Position numbers and translations under genes: made by a program. A stretch of DNA of 64,000 nucleotides, from contig JBDRPX010000021.1 of the NCBI GenBank assembly GCA_043826565.1, forward strand, positions 18,022-82,021, written 5' to 3'. Position 1 is the stretch's first letter, and each line of letters starts with the position of its first letter. The notes below the pieces were generated by a model. The model was not told where the DNA came from. It did no database searches and saw only the letters and a program-made list of their open reading frames with translations. Below are positions 1 through 10,100 of the stretch, piece by piece. Origin of the DNA: Candidatus Omnitrophota bacterium (lineage in GTDB: Bacteria; Omnitrophota; Gorgyraeia; B26-G9).

Positions 1-558
1 GGCTGCGGCGCGGTTTCCATAAGCAGTGCGGCCGTGGAAATGGCTAAGAAAATATTTGAAGATCTAACGCAGAAAAAAGTTTTAATTGTCGGCGCCGGCA
101 AGATCGGGGAGCTTTCGGCAACGCATTTATATAATCGGGGGGTACAGCTGGTGCTGGTAGCTAACCGGACTTTGTTAAAAGCCAGGGAGCTGGCAGAAAA
201 GTTTAAAGGTACCGCAATAGACTTCGGAAAACTTGATGCCGCGCTTGAAGAAGCGGATATTGTGATTAGTTCGACAAGCGCGCCGCATCTTTTAGTTACC
301 AAAAAGCAGGTTCAGGAGCTTATTCTGCGGCGCAAACAAAGGCCGATATTTTTTATTGATCTGGGGTTACCGCGTAATATTGACCCTCAGGCTAATGATG
401 TTGATAATGTTTATGTTTATAATCTTGATGACCTTCAAAAGGTTAAGGATATAAATTTGAAAGAACGGCTGAATGAAGCGAAAAAGGTGGAGCGGATCAT
501 TGACGAACATTTAGAACGTATAAGCGGTCGGCTGAAGGAGTTGTTTGATGACGAATAG
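1..558 (+). CDS. hemA: Glutamyl-tRNA reductase (5' end outside window)
   Basis: Frame is open from base 1 (GAVSISSAAVEMA). Motifs GAGKIG, ANRT and IDLGLPRNIDP. Lies upstream of hemC. Confidence 0.95.
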   Translation, partial: GCGAVSISSAAVEMAKKIFEDLTQKKVLIVGAGKIGELSATHLYNRGVQLVLVANRTLLKARELAEKFKGTAIDFGKLDAALEEADIVISSTSAPHLLVTKKQVQELILRRKQRPIFFIDLGLPRNIDPQANDVDNVYVYNLDDLQKVKDINLKERLNEAKKVERIIDEHLERISGRLKELFDDE

Positions 559-1462
559 CGCTAGTACGATCATTATCGGTACCCGAAAAAGCCTTTTGGC
601 CATGACGCAGACGGAAAATGTTATCGAAGAGCTGAAGAATAAATTTCCGAATTATCAGTTTGTAATTAAAAAGATCACGACCAGCGGAGATGATCTTAAA
701 GAATGGCCGCAGACAGATGCTAAAGGTCTGTTTGTAAAAGAAATTGAAGAAGCTTTGCAAAGCGGAGAAATCGATCTGGCCGTGCACAGCATGAAAGATC
801 TGCCTTGCGAAACTCCCCAAGGATTGGAGATCGCGGCCATAACTAAACGGGAAAAGGCTAATGATGTTTTGATCTCCCGGGACGGGAAAAAGCTTGATGA
901 ATTACCTGCGGCAAGTAAAATCGGTACCTCAAGTCTGCGCAGGAAAATGCAGATACTTGAATATAATCCGGAGCTTGAAGTAGTGGAAATCCGCGGGAAT
1001 CTGGATACCCGGCTCAAAAAACTAAAAGATGGTGAGTGTGACGCGCTTATCGTTGCTGCTGCCGGGATGATCCGTTTGGGATGGCAGGATAAAATAACCG
1101 AAATTATCCGCGCGAGCATTATGCTGCCGGCTCCCGGACAGGGAGCTTTGGGCATAGAGATAAAAAAAGATAATGAAAAAGTGAGGGCTCTGGTAAATTC
1201 ATTACATGATGAAGATACGGCCGCGGAAGTAACCGCGGAAAGGTCTTTTTTAGAAGCCATGGGCGGCGGATGCCGTACCCCCTTGGGGGCTTTGGCCGGG
1301 GTAATCACCAATACATTGAATTTGAAAGGCGGCGTAGAAAGCGGAACAGAAGCGCCGATGCTTAAATTCTGTGCTAGCGGGCCAAAAACAAAAGCTAAAC
1401 AATTAGGGCAAATGCTTGCGGATATTATGAGAGAACAAAAAGGAGATAATCATGAAACGTAA
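548..1462 (+). CDS. hemC: Hydroxymethylbilane synthase (porphobilinogen deaminase)
   Basis: Motifs GTRKSLLA, KGLFVKEIE, AVHSMKDLP, GTSSLRR, RGNLDTRL and GGGCRTP. SD AAGGAG at 535-540 favours ATG 548. Confidence 0.96.
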   Translation: MTNSASTIIIGTRKSLLAMTQTENVIEELKNKFPNYQFVIKKITTSGDDLKEWPQTDAKGLFVKEIEEALQSGEIDLAVHSMKDLPCETPQGLEIAAITKREKANDVLISRDGKKLDELPAASKIGTSSLRRKMQILEYNPELEVVEIRGNLDTRLKKLKDGECDALIVAAAGMIRLGWQDKITEIIRASIMLPAPGQGALGIEIKKDNEKVRALVNSLHDEDTAAEVTAERSFLEAMGGGCRTPLGALAGVITNTLNLKGGVESGTEAPMLKFCASGPKTKAKQLGQMLADIMREQKGDNHET

Positions 1463-2915
1463 GAAGGCAGATAGGCCAACAATATTAATTGTTGATGACG
1501 AACCGCTTGCGTCTAAGACTCTGGCCGCAATTTTAGAGCTGCAGGAATATAGTGTTAACTATACGGCGTTTGGCCGTGAAGGGCTTGAGTATTTAAAAGA
1601 AGGCGTCGACTTGATGCTTCTGGATTTAAAACTGCCGGATATTAACGGGATCGAAGTACTTAAACAAGCAAAGCGCAAGTTTCCGGATACGATAGTTATT
1701 TTGATCACCGCTTATGCTACGGTAGAGACCGCGGTTACGGCGATGAATGAAGGAGCATTTACCTACCTGACTAAGCCTTTTGACGTGGAAGTATTGTTTA
1801 AGATTATTGAAGAAGCCTTGGCAAGTAAACAGAAAAGTTCGCGAAAAGAAAGATTGGTAAGTAATCTTTCGCTGGTTTATAAAATAAGCAAAGAATTAGA
1901 AGGAATCATAGAATTACACAGTATCGCCAGTTTAGCGTCAAGGTATTTATCAAATGCTATTGATGCGGATGTATGCGCGATCTTATTAATGGATAAAAAG
2001 ACTGGAGAATTTTATTTCGGAGCGCTTGACGGAGCAGAATATGATAAGAACGCCTTAAGCTATAAGCGGTTTAAACTCGATAATCGCATGCATAAACAAT
2101 TAGTCACCGAGCATAATGCCATCCTTATTCCGCAGTTGAAATCAAAACTGCCGATACTTAAATATATACCGGTTGAGGATCCGCAATCATTGTTTATTTT
2201 TCCTCTGGTTGCTAAGGATGAGCTGGTCGGGCTTACTTTGTTTGTTAGTAAACGGGAAGTGGAATTGAAAGAAGCAGAAATGGAGATTATTTCTACGATC
2301 AGTTCGGAAGTAGCCGTGTGTATTCAAAACGCGAATTTGTATCTTGGCCTAAAGAAAGATTATTTAAGCGCGGTAACCGCGCTGGTGAGTTCGATTGAAA
2401 GCAAACATGAATACCCCAAGCGTTCGGCAATGATTGCCGAGATGGCTGCTAAAGTAGCCAGAAAAATGGATCTTCCCGAGGATGAGGTGGAGTATATTAA
2501 AATCGCCGGGCTTCTGCATGATATCGGAAAGATGGCGATAAGTGAGCAGATACTTTTTAAGGAAGAAGCTTTGACGATCGAAGAATTTGTAAAATTGAAA
2601 ACGCATTCTCTGATATCCACAAGTATTGTCCGGAGTATTGACGCGGATAATCGTTTGATCCCGATAATTCTTTATCACCATGAACGCTATGACGGCGGAG
2701 GATATCCGGAAGGATTAAGAGGTGAGGGTATCCCGGTGGGCGCGCGGATTCTAGCGGTATGTGATGCTTTTGAGGCCATGATATCAAAGCGGCCGTATCG
2801 GCAGTCCCGAAGTACCCCGGAATCAATGCAGGAACTTAAGCGTTGTGCCGGCGCACAGTTTGATCCGAACATTGTGGATATTTTTCTTGATCTTTTTGAT
2901 GAGGAAAATAGTTAA
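1452..2915 (+). CDS. Response regulator with REC, GAF and HD-GYP domains
   Basis: N-terminal receiver (VDDE, LLDLKLP, KPF), central GAF-like region, C-terminal HDIGK and HHERYDGGGYP. Confidence 0.9.
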   Translation: MKRKKADRPTILIVDDEPLASKTLAAILELQEYSVNYTAFGREGLEYLKEGVDLMLLDLKLPDINGIEVLKQAKRKFPDTIVILITAYATVETAVTAMNEGAFTYLTKPFDVEVLFKIIEEALASKQKSSRKERLVSNLSLVYKISKELEGIIELHSIASLASRYLSNAIDADVCAILLMDKKTGEFYFGALDGAEYDKNALSYKRFKLDNRMHKQLVTEHNAILIPQLKSKLPILKYIPVEDPQSLFIFPLVAKDELVGLTLFVSKREVELKEAEMEIISTISSEVAVCIQNANLYLGLKKDYLSAVTALVSSIESKHEYPKRSAMIAEMAAKVARKMDLPEDEVEYIKIAGLLHDIGKMAISEQILFKEEALTIEEFVKLKTHSLISTSIVRSIDADNRLIPIILYHHERYDGGGYPEGLRGEGIPVGARILAVCDAFEAMISKRPYRQSRSTPESMQELKRCAGAQFDPNIVDIFLDLFDEENS

Positions 2916-2926
2916 GGTGATAATAT

Positions 2927-4447
2927 ATGAAACATAAAAATAAAGCAAAAGTATATCTGGCCGGAGTCGGCCCGGGCAATGATCGGTTGATTACTCAGAG
3001 AAGCTTAGATTGTATCCGGGAAGCGGATGTGATTGTCTATGACCGGCTAATGCCGGAATCTCTGCTTAGCTATAAAAAACCAACAGCGAAGTTGATTTAC
3101 GTGGGAAAATCTCCGAAGAAACATATTGTTCCGCAGGAAAAGATAAATAATTTACTAATTCGCCAGGCTAAAAAAGGTAATATTGTCGTCCGTTTAAAAG
3201 GCGGCGATCCGTTTTTATTCGGACGGGGCTCAGAAGAAGCCTTGGTTTTGGCTAAAGCGGGAATAGAGTTTGAAATTGTTCCCGGAGTAAATTCCGGGTT
3301 TGCCGCGGCAGCTTATGCGGGGATACCGCTTACTCATCGGGGAGTGTCTTCTCTGGTAACTTTTGTTACCGGTCATGAAGACCCCGCGAAAAAAGACAGC
3401 AGTGTGGACTGGCCTTTACTGGCAAAGACCTCCGGGACATTAGTGGTTTTTATGGGTATGGCCAGGCTGGCTAAAATAATTGATTCTTTAACCCGCAACG
3501 GAATGAATAAAAAAACTCCGGTGTGTGTCGTTCAGCAGGGTAGTTTGCCGGCACAGAGATCTGTTGTCGGAACTTTAGCAAATATCGCGGAAAAGGTAGA
3601 AAAAAATAAGCTGACGAATCCGGCGGTAATAATTATCGGTAAAGTTGTTGATTTAAAATCAAAGATCGACTGGTATGAAGGAAAACCTTTATTCGGAAAG
3701 AAGATCTTAGTTACCCGTCCGCACAAACAAGCCATGGGATTTACGCGTAAACTGCAGGATGAGGGAGCGCAGACAATAGAATATCCGTTAATCGAAATAG
3801 CTGCGGAGAAAAAAATATCCGGGCAATTGCTGATGCAAAAAATCAAACAGGCGGACTGGACAGTGTTTACCAGCCGCAATGCCGTGGATATTTGCTTTGA
3901 TATTTTGGCCCGGATTAATAAAGACGCGCGGATTTTTCAAAACGTAAAGATCGCGGTAATCGGAGAGGGCACAAAGGAATCTCTTTATCAGCGGGGCATT
4001 ATCGCGGATCTGATCCCCCGAAGATTTGTTATGGAAGGCTTACTCAGTGAATTAAAAAAATTAAATATAAAAGGTAAACGGGTTTTTATTCCGCATTCTA
4101 AGCAGGGACGTCCCATATTAACTAAGGGCTTAAAAGAGCAGGGAGCTTTAATTGACGAGTTGTTTATATATAATATTCAATGCCCAGCTAAGTCTAACCC
4201 CGCAGGATTAAAACAGTTATTAAAACAGGAAAAGATCGATTTGATCACCTTTACCAGTTCCAGCTGTGTGCATCAGTTTATGAAAATGGCGGCTAAGGAT
4301 AGAGAAATATTAAAGAAACAGGCTTTTTCGGTTATCGGCCCGATTACCGAAAAGACTTTACAGGACTATGGATATAAAGCTGAGGTAGTTGCCAAGGTGT
4401 ATACTATTGACGGCTTGTGCAAAGCAATAAAGGAGTATTATCGATGA
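2927..4447 (+). CDS. cobA: Fused uroporphyrinogen-III C-methyltransferase / uroporphyrinogen-III synthase (CobA-HemD)
   Basis: Motifs GVGPG, RLKGGDPFLFGRGSEE and GIPLTHRG, then a HemD domain (LVTRP, FTSSS, IGPIT). Confidence 0.93.
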   Translation: MKHKNKAKVYLAGVGPGNDRLITQRSLDCIREADVIVYDRLMPESLLSYKKPTAKLIYVGKSPKKHIVPQEKINNLLIRQAKKGNIVVRLKGGDPFLFGRGSEEALVLAKAGIEFEIVPGVNSGFAAAAYAGIPLTHRGVSSLVTFVTGHEDPAKKDSSVDWPLLAKTSGTLVVFMGMARLAKIIDSLTRNGMNKKTPVCVVQQGSLPAQRSVVGTLANIAEKVEKNKLTNPAVIIIGKVVDLKSKIDWYEGKPLFGKKILVTRPHKQAMGFTRKLQDEGAQTIEYPLIEIAAEKKISGQLLMQKIKQADWTVFTSRNAVDICFDILARINKDARIFQNVKIAVIGEGTKESLYQRGIIADLIPRRFVMEGLLSELKKLNIKGKRVFIPHSKQGRPILTKGLKEQGALIDELFIYNIQCPAKSNPAGLKQLLKQEKIDLITFTSSSCVHQFMKMAAKDREILKKQAFSVIGPITEKTLQDYGYKAEVVAKVYTIDGLCKAIKEYYR

Positions 4448-5655
4448 TCAATTTCACTAAATTATTAGGGGGCAAACCCAGTGTTTCCGACGCTTTAAAA
4501 GCCGTAAATAAAACCGGGCTTGATCATGCTTACAGCGAATCAAATGTGCCCAGCCCGATCGTGGTGTTTAATATTACGCGGCGGTGTAATCTGGACTGCC
4601 GGCATTGTTATCTGGAGTCTGAAGATAAGCAGTATCAGGGAGAGCTTTCTTTAGATCAGATAAAGAAGGTCGTTGATTCTCTTAGTAAAATGCAGGTTCC
4701 GGTGCTGCTGCTTTCCGGAGGAGAACCTTTAGCGCGTAAGGATATTTTTAAAATAATTGATCATGCTAAAGCCGTGAATTTGCGTATCGGCTTATCTACA
4801 AATGGAACATTGATCACGAAGCAGATGGCTAAAGATTTAAAATCAGCCGGAGTCGATTATGCCGGAGTAAGTATTGACGGCTTAAAAGATATTCATGATA
4901 AGTTCCGGAATTTACCCGGAGCATTTGATCGGGCCGTGAACGGGATCATTAACAGTTTAGAAGCAGGGATTAAAACCGGAATCAGATTTACCGTAAGTAA
5001 GGTAAATTATAAAGATCTTCCCAGTGTATTGGACTTATGTATAAAGGAACAGGTTCCGCGTTTTTGCATGTATCATTTGGTTTATACCGGAAGAGGAGAA
5101 GAACTGGTAGCTCAGGATATGGATAATGGGCAGCGCCGGGAAACTGCCCAGCTTTTGATTGACCGGGCGATAAAATATAATGAAAAAAAATATAATTTTG
5201 AGATGCTTACCGTGGATAACCATGCCGACGGAGTATTTATTTATAACTATCTAAAGAAACACGCTCCCGGGCGTGGACAGGAAGTCCTGGAGATCATGAA
5301 AACACACGGCGGATGTTCTTTGGGCAATAAGATCGTGGATATTTCTCCTTCCGGAGAGGTCTATGCCTGCCAGTTTTGGCATAAGGATTCTCTGGGAAAT
5401 GTAACGGAGAAAGATTTTCTGGATATATGGTATAATAAACAGAACCATAAACTGTGCCAGTTCCGGGATAAAACCGGGCTTTTAAAAGGAAAATGCGGCC
5501 GCTGTGATTTTAAAGCTTATTGCGGAGGCTGCCGGGTGCGGGCTCAGGTGGTGCATAATGATTTTTGGCAGGAAGACCCCTGTTGTTATCTGACTGATGA
5601 TGAAATAATTTTTGATACAGAAAGTAGAAAATTGAAAGTTGAAAGTTGTAAATAG
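4444..5655 (+). CDS. Radical SAM/SPASM protein, AhbC/NirJ1-like
   Basis: CNLDCRHCY, SGGEPL, TVDNHADG and a C-terminal CGRC..CGGCRVRA..DPCC SPASM motif. ATG 4444 overlaps the cobA stop and follows SD AAGGAG. Confidence 0.8.
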   Translation: MINFTKLLGGKPSVSDALKAVNKTGLDHAYSESNVPSPIVVFNITRRCNLDCRHCYLESEDKQYQGELSLDQIKKVVDSLSKMQVPVLLLSGGEPLARKDIFKIIDHAKAVNLRIGLSTNGTLITKQMAKDLKSAGVDYAGVSIDGLKDIHDKFRNLPGAFDRAVNGIINSLEAGIKTGIRFTVSKVNYKDLPSVLDLCIKEQVPRFCMYHLVYTGRGEELVAQDMDNGQRRETAQLLIDRAIKYNEKKYNFEMLTVDNHADGVFIYNYLKKHAPGRGQEVLEIMKTHGGCSLGNKIVDISPSGEVYACQFWHKDSLGNVTEKDFLDIWYNKQNHKLCQFRDKTGLLKGKCGRCDFKAYCGGCRVRAQVVHNDFWQEDPCCYLTDDEIIFDTESRKLKVESCK

Positions 5656-5711
5656 AAAAAAAGAAAAATATAATATAATAAAGTAGGGAGTATCGAGGGA
5701 GGGTAAATATT

Positions 5712-6401
5712 ATGCGTCAGGTTGCTGTTATTGGACTGGGAAGTTTTGGTTCGACTGTAGCGAAGACTTTGACCGATCAGGGAGTGGAAGTTTTAGCCTT
5801 TGATTCGGACCGGGAAAAAGTAGAAAATATCAAAGACTATGTTGCCGTAGCGGTGGCTTTAGACTCAACCGATGAAAAAGCTTTACGTTCGGTCGGCATT
5901 GAGCAGGTGGACGCGGCGATTGTCTGTATCGGTGAAAACGTAGAAGCCAATCTTCTGGCGACTACTTTGCTTAAAAAAATGGGGATTAAAAACATATACG
6001 GCCGTTCGGTAAATCCGCTTCAGGAAGAAATATTAAGGTCTTTGGATATTACCAAGATCATTAACCTGGAAAAGGAAATGGGAGAAACTATCGGCAAGAG
6101 CCTGACCAGCCCGAATATCCAGGTCTGTATGAAACTTGCCAGCGGACATACCATGGCGGAGATCAGGGTTCCTAAGGAATTTTCCGGAAAGACGATCAAA
6201 GAATTAAATTTAAGAAAACGCTTTGACGTTAATATTGTGGCGGTTAAAAGACAAGTCGCGGCTATTGATGACAAAGGGCAAAGGATATTAAAAGAGGTTA
6301 TCAATGACCTGCCTCAGGCTGAGGATATTGTAACGGAATCGAATTTTCTTATTGTTGTCGGAAAAGAAGAAAGTATTAATATGCTTTCCAAGCATCAATA
6401 A
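5712..6401 (+). CDS. TrkA/KtrA-family potassium uptake regulatory subunit
   Basis: GLGSFG Rossmann RCK_N domain plus RCK_C (GKTIKELNLRKRFDVNIVAVK). Confidence 0.9.
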   Translation: MRQVAVIGLGSFGSTVAKTLTDQGVEVLAFDSDREKVENIKDYVAVAVALDSTDEKALRSVGIEQVDAAIVCIGENVEANLLATTLLKKMGIKNIYGRSVNPLQEEILRSLDITKIINLEKEMGETIGKSLTSPNIQVCMKLASGHTMAEIRVPKEFSGKTIKELNLRKRFDVNIVAVKRQVAAIDDKGQRILKEVINDLPQAEDIVTESNFLIVVGKEESINMLSKHQ

Positions 6402-6429
6402 ACAACTAATATAACACAAGGATGCGATA

Positions 6430-7143
6430 ATGAAGAGAAAGATAACTATATTATTTACGCTTGTTATTTTGATTTTATCAGTGTTTTGGTATCTCGGATT
6501 TTTTCAGATCAGTCACGGGCTTAAAGAAGTATTTGTGCTTTTGGCCGGGATCGGTATCGTCGTAACCCTTTATGTTTTGGGCCGGATAAATATCTTCCGC
6601 AAAAAACTCGCCTTAGCCTTAAGCCATATCTTAGAAAACAATTTTCAGACCGGAATATCTATGCCCGGTAAAGATGAACTCTCTACTCTTTCTAAGAGTT
6701 TTAATGCCGCGATCGAAAGGATCAATGAGTATGATGTGCTCCGGGAAAATCAGATCGTTTGTTTAAACCGGATCATCAGTATGCTTAACCGGAATATCCA
6801 GAACGGCGTAATGATCATGGATTTGGATTCCGCGCGTATTAAGATCAACCGGGCGGCGCAGGAAATGTTCGGGATAAATCAGGATGATTTAAGTATCGAC
6901 TCAGTAGTAAAGCTTAAGTCTAATGTTGAGTTTAATAAGATATATCAGGAGGTTGTTGACGGCCGGGCAAACACCATATCCGGGAACTTTGAATTTTTTC
7001 TGCCGGTCTTAAGGGCGAAAGCCGGCGTGAGCATGAAAATGTTCGCGATTAAAGATAAAGACGAAAAACTGCATACGATTATTTGTATCTTTACCCAAAC
7101 CTCGGCGCCTGTGCCTGTGGATCCGGAACCGGAAGCAATATAG
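6430..7143 (+). CDS. Membrane protein with two TM helices, HAMP-like and PAS-like domains
   Basis: Two hydrophobic segments, KDELSTLSKSFN (HAMP) and GVMIMD..INRAAQEMFG (PAS). No kinase domain. Confidence 0.65.
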   Translation: MKRKITILFTLVILILSVFWYLGFFQISHGLKEVFVLLAGIGIVVTLYVLGRINIFRKKLALALSHILENNFQTGISMPGKDELSTLSKSFNAAIERINEYDVLRENQIVCLNRIISMLNRNIQNGVMIMDLDSARIKINRAAQEMFGINQDDLSIDSVVKLKSNVEFNKIYQEVVDGRANTISGNFEFFLPVLRAKAGVSMKMFAIKDKDEKLHTIICIFTQTSAPVPVDPEPEAI

Positions 7144-7149
7144 CATTCT

Positions 7150-9213
7150 ATGTATATACCGCGCAAATTTAAACAGCAGTACTTTATTCTCTTGAGTGTT
7201 TTAGGGATGGTACTGCTTTTTTCTTGCTGCCTTAGGGCGCAGGATGATGACCCCCGGGACAATCTCTATCAAGCCAGAATACTTTTTAATCAGGGAAAAT
7301 ACCAGCAGGCTATCGATGCTTATGAGCCGACTAAGCAGGAAGATTATTTCTTAAAAGTCGCGCTGCTTAATCAGGCGCTGATCTATAAAGATACCCGGCA
7401 GTATGAACAGGCAATTAAGCTCTATAAAAAATTATTGACCATCGAAGAAAATAAGATGGTTTTTTTTAATCTGGGAGAAGTCTATTATTTAAACTGCCTG
7501 CCGGATAAAGCAATTAGCGCGTTTAATCAGGCTTTAAACATGGGCTATCGCAACGGGATGATTTATTTTTGGCTGGGCAGGTGTTTGCAGGATAAGGGGA
7601 ATATCGAAAGTGCCAAGCAGAGTTTTCAGCAGGCTGTGGCCGTGGATGATTCTCTGGTGCTGGCGCATCTTGAATTGGGCAGTATTTACGCGCGCGAAAA
7701 GATCCTGTTAAAAGCTCAGGAGGAATTTGAAAAAGTCCGTGAGCTTGATCCCAGCATAACCGAAGTGTACCCGGCATTAGCGGAAGTTTACTTTGATAAA
7801 AAAGAATATGAAGAGGCTTTAAAAGCGTTTCACAAAGTGCTCACGATTGATCCGGATAATGCCAAAGCCCAGCAATACATTGACCTAATTCATAAGATAG
7901 TGGGTAAGGGATTAAAAAAGGATTTGGAAAAAAAAGAAGAAAAAAGGCTGGAAAGCGCTTTAGCCAAAGAGATCATTCCGAAAGAAGCGCCTACTGCTCC
8001 GGTAGTAAAGGTATTGATCGGAGAAGTAAAAAGTTTCCGGTTTAAATCCGGTAGTGATTTTTCTCTGTGCCGGCAGGCCGACGGAGCGGTGTTATTCAGC
8101 GGTGCCGCTAATACTTTATACGGCTTATCTGAATACGCGGGAAATATTTCTTTACTTAATAACGGAGAAAAGAAAAACAGTTTTACGGAAGCTATCGTAA
8201 TTATTCTGGCTGATCCGCACGCGACAATTCTCCTTTTTAATGTGGAATCCGGAAAAGGAGAATACTGGGCAAGTATAACCGACAGAAGTTATCGCGGGCA
8301 GTTGGAAGTAGCGGCCGCGCCCGGAATTCTGCGCTTAATTAATACGATCAATATGGAAGAATATTTATACGGAGTGGTTCCCAGTGAGATGTCCGCGAAT
8401 TGGCCGCAGGAAGCTTTAAAAGCCCAGGCAGTTGCCGCGCGCAGTGAAGCGTATGTAAAGATGAAACGCCATGCTAAAGAAGGTTATAATTTTTGTCCGG
8501 GAGTACATTGCCAGGTTTACGGCGGAGCAAATGTGGAAGCTAGCTCAACAAATAAAGCCGTAGACCAGACCTGCGGGCAGATCGGTCTTTATGAAGATAA
8601 GCCGATCGACGCGATCTACAGTAATAGCTGCGGCGGACATACCCAGAGTAATATTTTCGGTGAGTGTGAACCGATCCCTTATTTGCAGGGGATTCAGGAT
8701 GTCGCGGAAAATATCGGGTTCTTTTTTCCGCTTTCTCCTCTGGAGCTGGAAGACTGGCTTTGGATGAAGAACATCCCGGCTTTTTGTAATAATGTTAAAT
8801 TTTCCCGGGATAGTAATTTTCGCTGGATGCGCACTTATTCGCGTAAGCAGTTGGAAAAGTTGATCAATAAACAAATGGATATCGGCACATTAAAAGATAT
8901 TATTATCCGGGAAAGAAGCGATTCCTCGCATATCCAAAGAATAGAGATCATCGGCTCAAAGGGTAAGTTTGAGATGAAGAAGGAATTAAATATCCGCAAT
9001 CTGCTGGGTAATCTGCGCAGCAGTATGTTTAATATTGATGTTAAGCTTGATGAAAAAGGCAATCCGGAAGAATTTATCTTTTACGGCGGAGGCTGGGGGC
9101 ATGCGGTGGGGATGTGCCAGGTCGGCGCGGCAACCATGGCCCAACAAGGCTATTCTTATATAGATATACTGAAATTTTATTATAGCGGGATTGAGATAAA
9201 GAGGATGTATTAG
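7150..9213 (+). CDS. TPR-repeat protein with SpoIID/LytB lytic transglycosylase domain
   Basis: Signal peptide and multiple TPRs. Motifs EEYLYGVVPSEM, EALKAQAVAARS and GWGHAVGMCQVGA. Confidence 0.9.
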   Translation: MYIPRKFKQQYFILLSVLGMVLLFSCCLRAQDDDPRDNLYQARILFNQGKYQQAIDAYEPTKQEDYFLKVALLNQALIYKDTRQYEQAIKLYKKLLTIEENKMVFFNLGEVYYLNCLPDKAISAFNQALNMGYRNGMIYFWLGRCLQDKGNIESAKQSFQQAVAVDDSLVLAHLELGSIYAREKILLKAQEEFEKVRELDPSITEVYPALAEVYFDKKEYEEALKAFHKVLTIDPDNAKAQQYIDLIHKIVGKGLKKDLEKKEEKRLESALAKEIIPKEAPTAPVVKVLIGEVKSFRFKSGSDFSLCRQADGAVLFSGAANTLYGLSEYAGNISLLNNGEKKNSFTEAIVIILADPHATILLFNVESGKGEYWASITDRSYRGQLEVAAAPGILRLINTINMEEYLYGVVPSEMSANWPQEALKAQAVAARSEAYVKMKRHAKEGYNFCPGVHCQVYGGANVEASSTNKAVDQTCGQIGLYEDKPIDAIYSNSCGGHTQSNIFGECEPIPYLQGIQDVAENIGFFFPLSPLELEDWLWMKNIPAFCNNVKFSRDSNFRWMRTYSRKQLEKLINKQMDIGTLKDIIIRERSDSSHIQRIEIIGSKGKFEMKKELNIRNLLGNLRSSMFNIDVKLDEKGNPEEFIFYGGGWGHAVGMCQVGAATMAQQGYSYIDILKFYYSGIEIKRMY

Positions 9214-9301
9214 GGATGGCGTGTGGTCAGATGCCATTGCAATATAAGCAGTTACAGTATTTTGATTGATTCTCTTGATACTGTATAGTTGATAAAATAC
9301 T

Positions 9302-9349
9302 AATACTATTAGTATTTAGGTTGACAAATTAAACTTTATGATGTATTAT
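9302..9349 (+). promoter_or_regulatory. Sigma70 promoter with upstream 7-1-7 palindrome
   Basis: TTGACA (9321-9326), 17-nt spacer, TATTAT (9344-9349). AATACTA-T-TAGTATT at 9302-9316. Confidence 0.6.
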
Positions 9350-9357
9350 TGTTGTGT

Positions 9358-10080
9358 ATGGAAGATGTTAATATTAAAATTATAGATGAATATTTAGACA
9401 AAACGTTGGAAGTTTTGTCAGGGGCGATAGATGATTTTTATCTTGCTGGAGGAACTGCTTTGTCAAAGTTTTATTTTGATCACAGAGGTTCTTTCGATTT
9501 AGATTTTTTCACTAAGAAGTTTTCTGAAAAGAGAGTTGAAGAAATCACAACATATATCGGGAAAAAATTAAATTTGCAAGTAAAACTAGCAGGTGTTACT
9601 GATCAAAAAGGAAAGATACAGGTTAGGACATATTATTTAATAATAGATACTGAAAATAAATTAAAACTTGATTTTGTGGAAGATAGATGTCCTGTGTTAA
9701 AGGGGTTAAATAGACGTGATGGAATTTATTTTCTTTCAAAAGAGGATTTATACCTAAGAAAAATATTTGCAATGTGTGGCAGCAGGAAAGATGTTGATGA
9801 TATTGGCCGAGATGCTTTTTTCGGGGGCAGACAAGAATCCAAAGATTATTTTGATGTTTATTGCCTTTCCAGCATTTTTATTCCCTTATCAGATTTTGTA
9901 TTACAATTTTGCGGAGATTCACAAATGGTTGAAAGGTTGATTCTTTGGCAAAGAACTTATGATAGATTTGCCATGAAAAGTGGATTAATAGATTTGATAA
10001 CAAAAACAGTTCCCGATGCGAGATTAATAGAAAAACATTTTGATAAAGAAATTGAAAAATTAATTAAGGCCGTGTCTTAG
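9358..10080 (+). CDS. AbiEii/AbiGii-family nucleotidyltransferase (type IV TA toxin-like)
   Basis: FYLAGGTALSKFYFDHRGSFDLDFF and R..SKDYFDVY motifs. The TTG at 9349 overlaps the -10 box, so ATG 9358 is preferred. Confidence 0.8.
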   Translation: MEDVNIKIIDEYLDKTLEVLSGAIDDFYLAGGTALSKFYFDHRGSFDLDFFTKKFSEKRVEEITTYIGKKLNLQVKLAGVTDQKGKIQVRTYYLIIDTENKLKLDFVEDRCPVLKGLNRRDGIYFLSKEDLYLRKIFAMCGSRKDVDDIGRDAFFGGRQESKDYFDVYCLSSIFIPLSDFVLQFCGDSQMVERLILWQRTYDRFAMKSGLIDLITKTVPDARLIEKHFDKEIEKLIKAVS

Positions 10081-10100
10081 TAAGTCATAAGAGGAATAAA

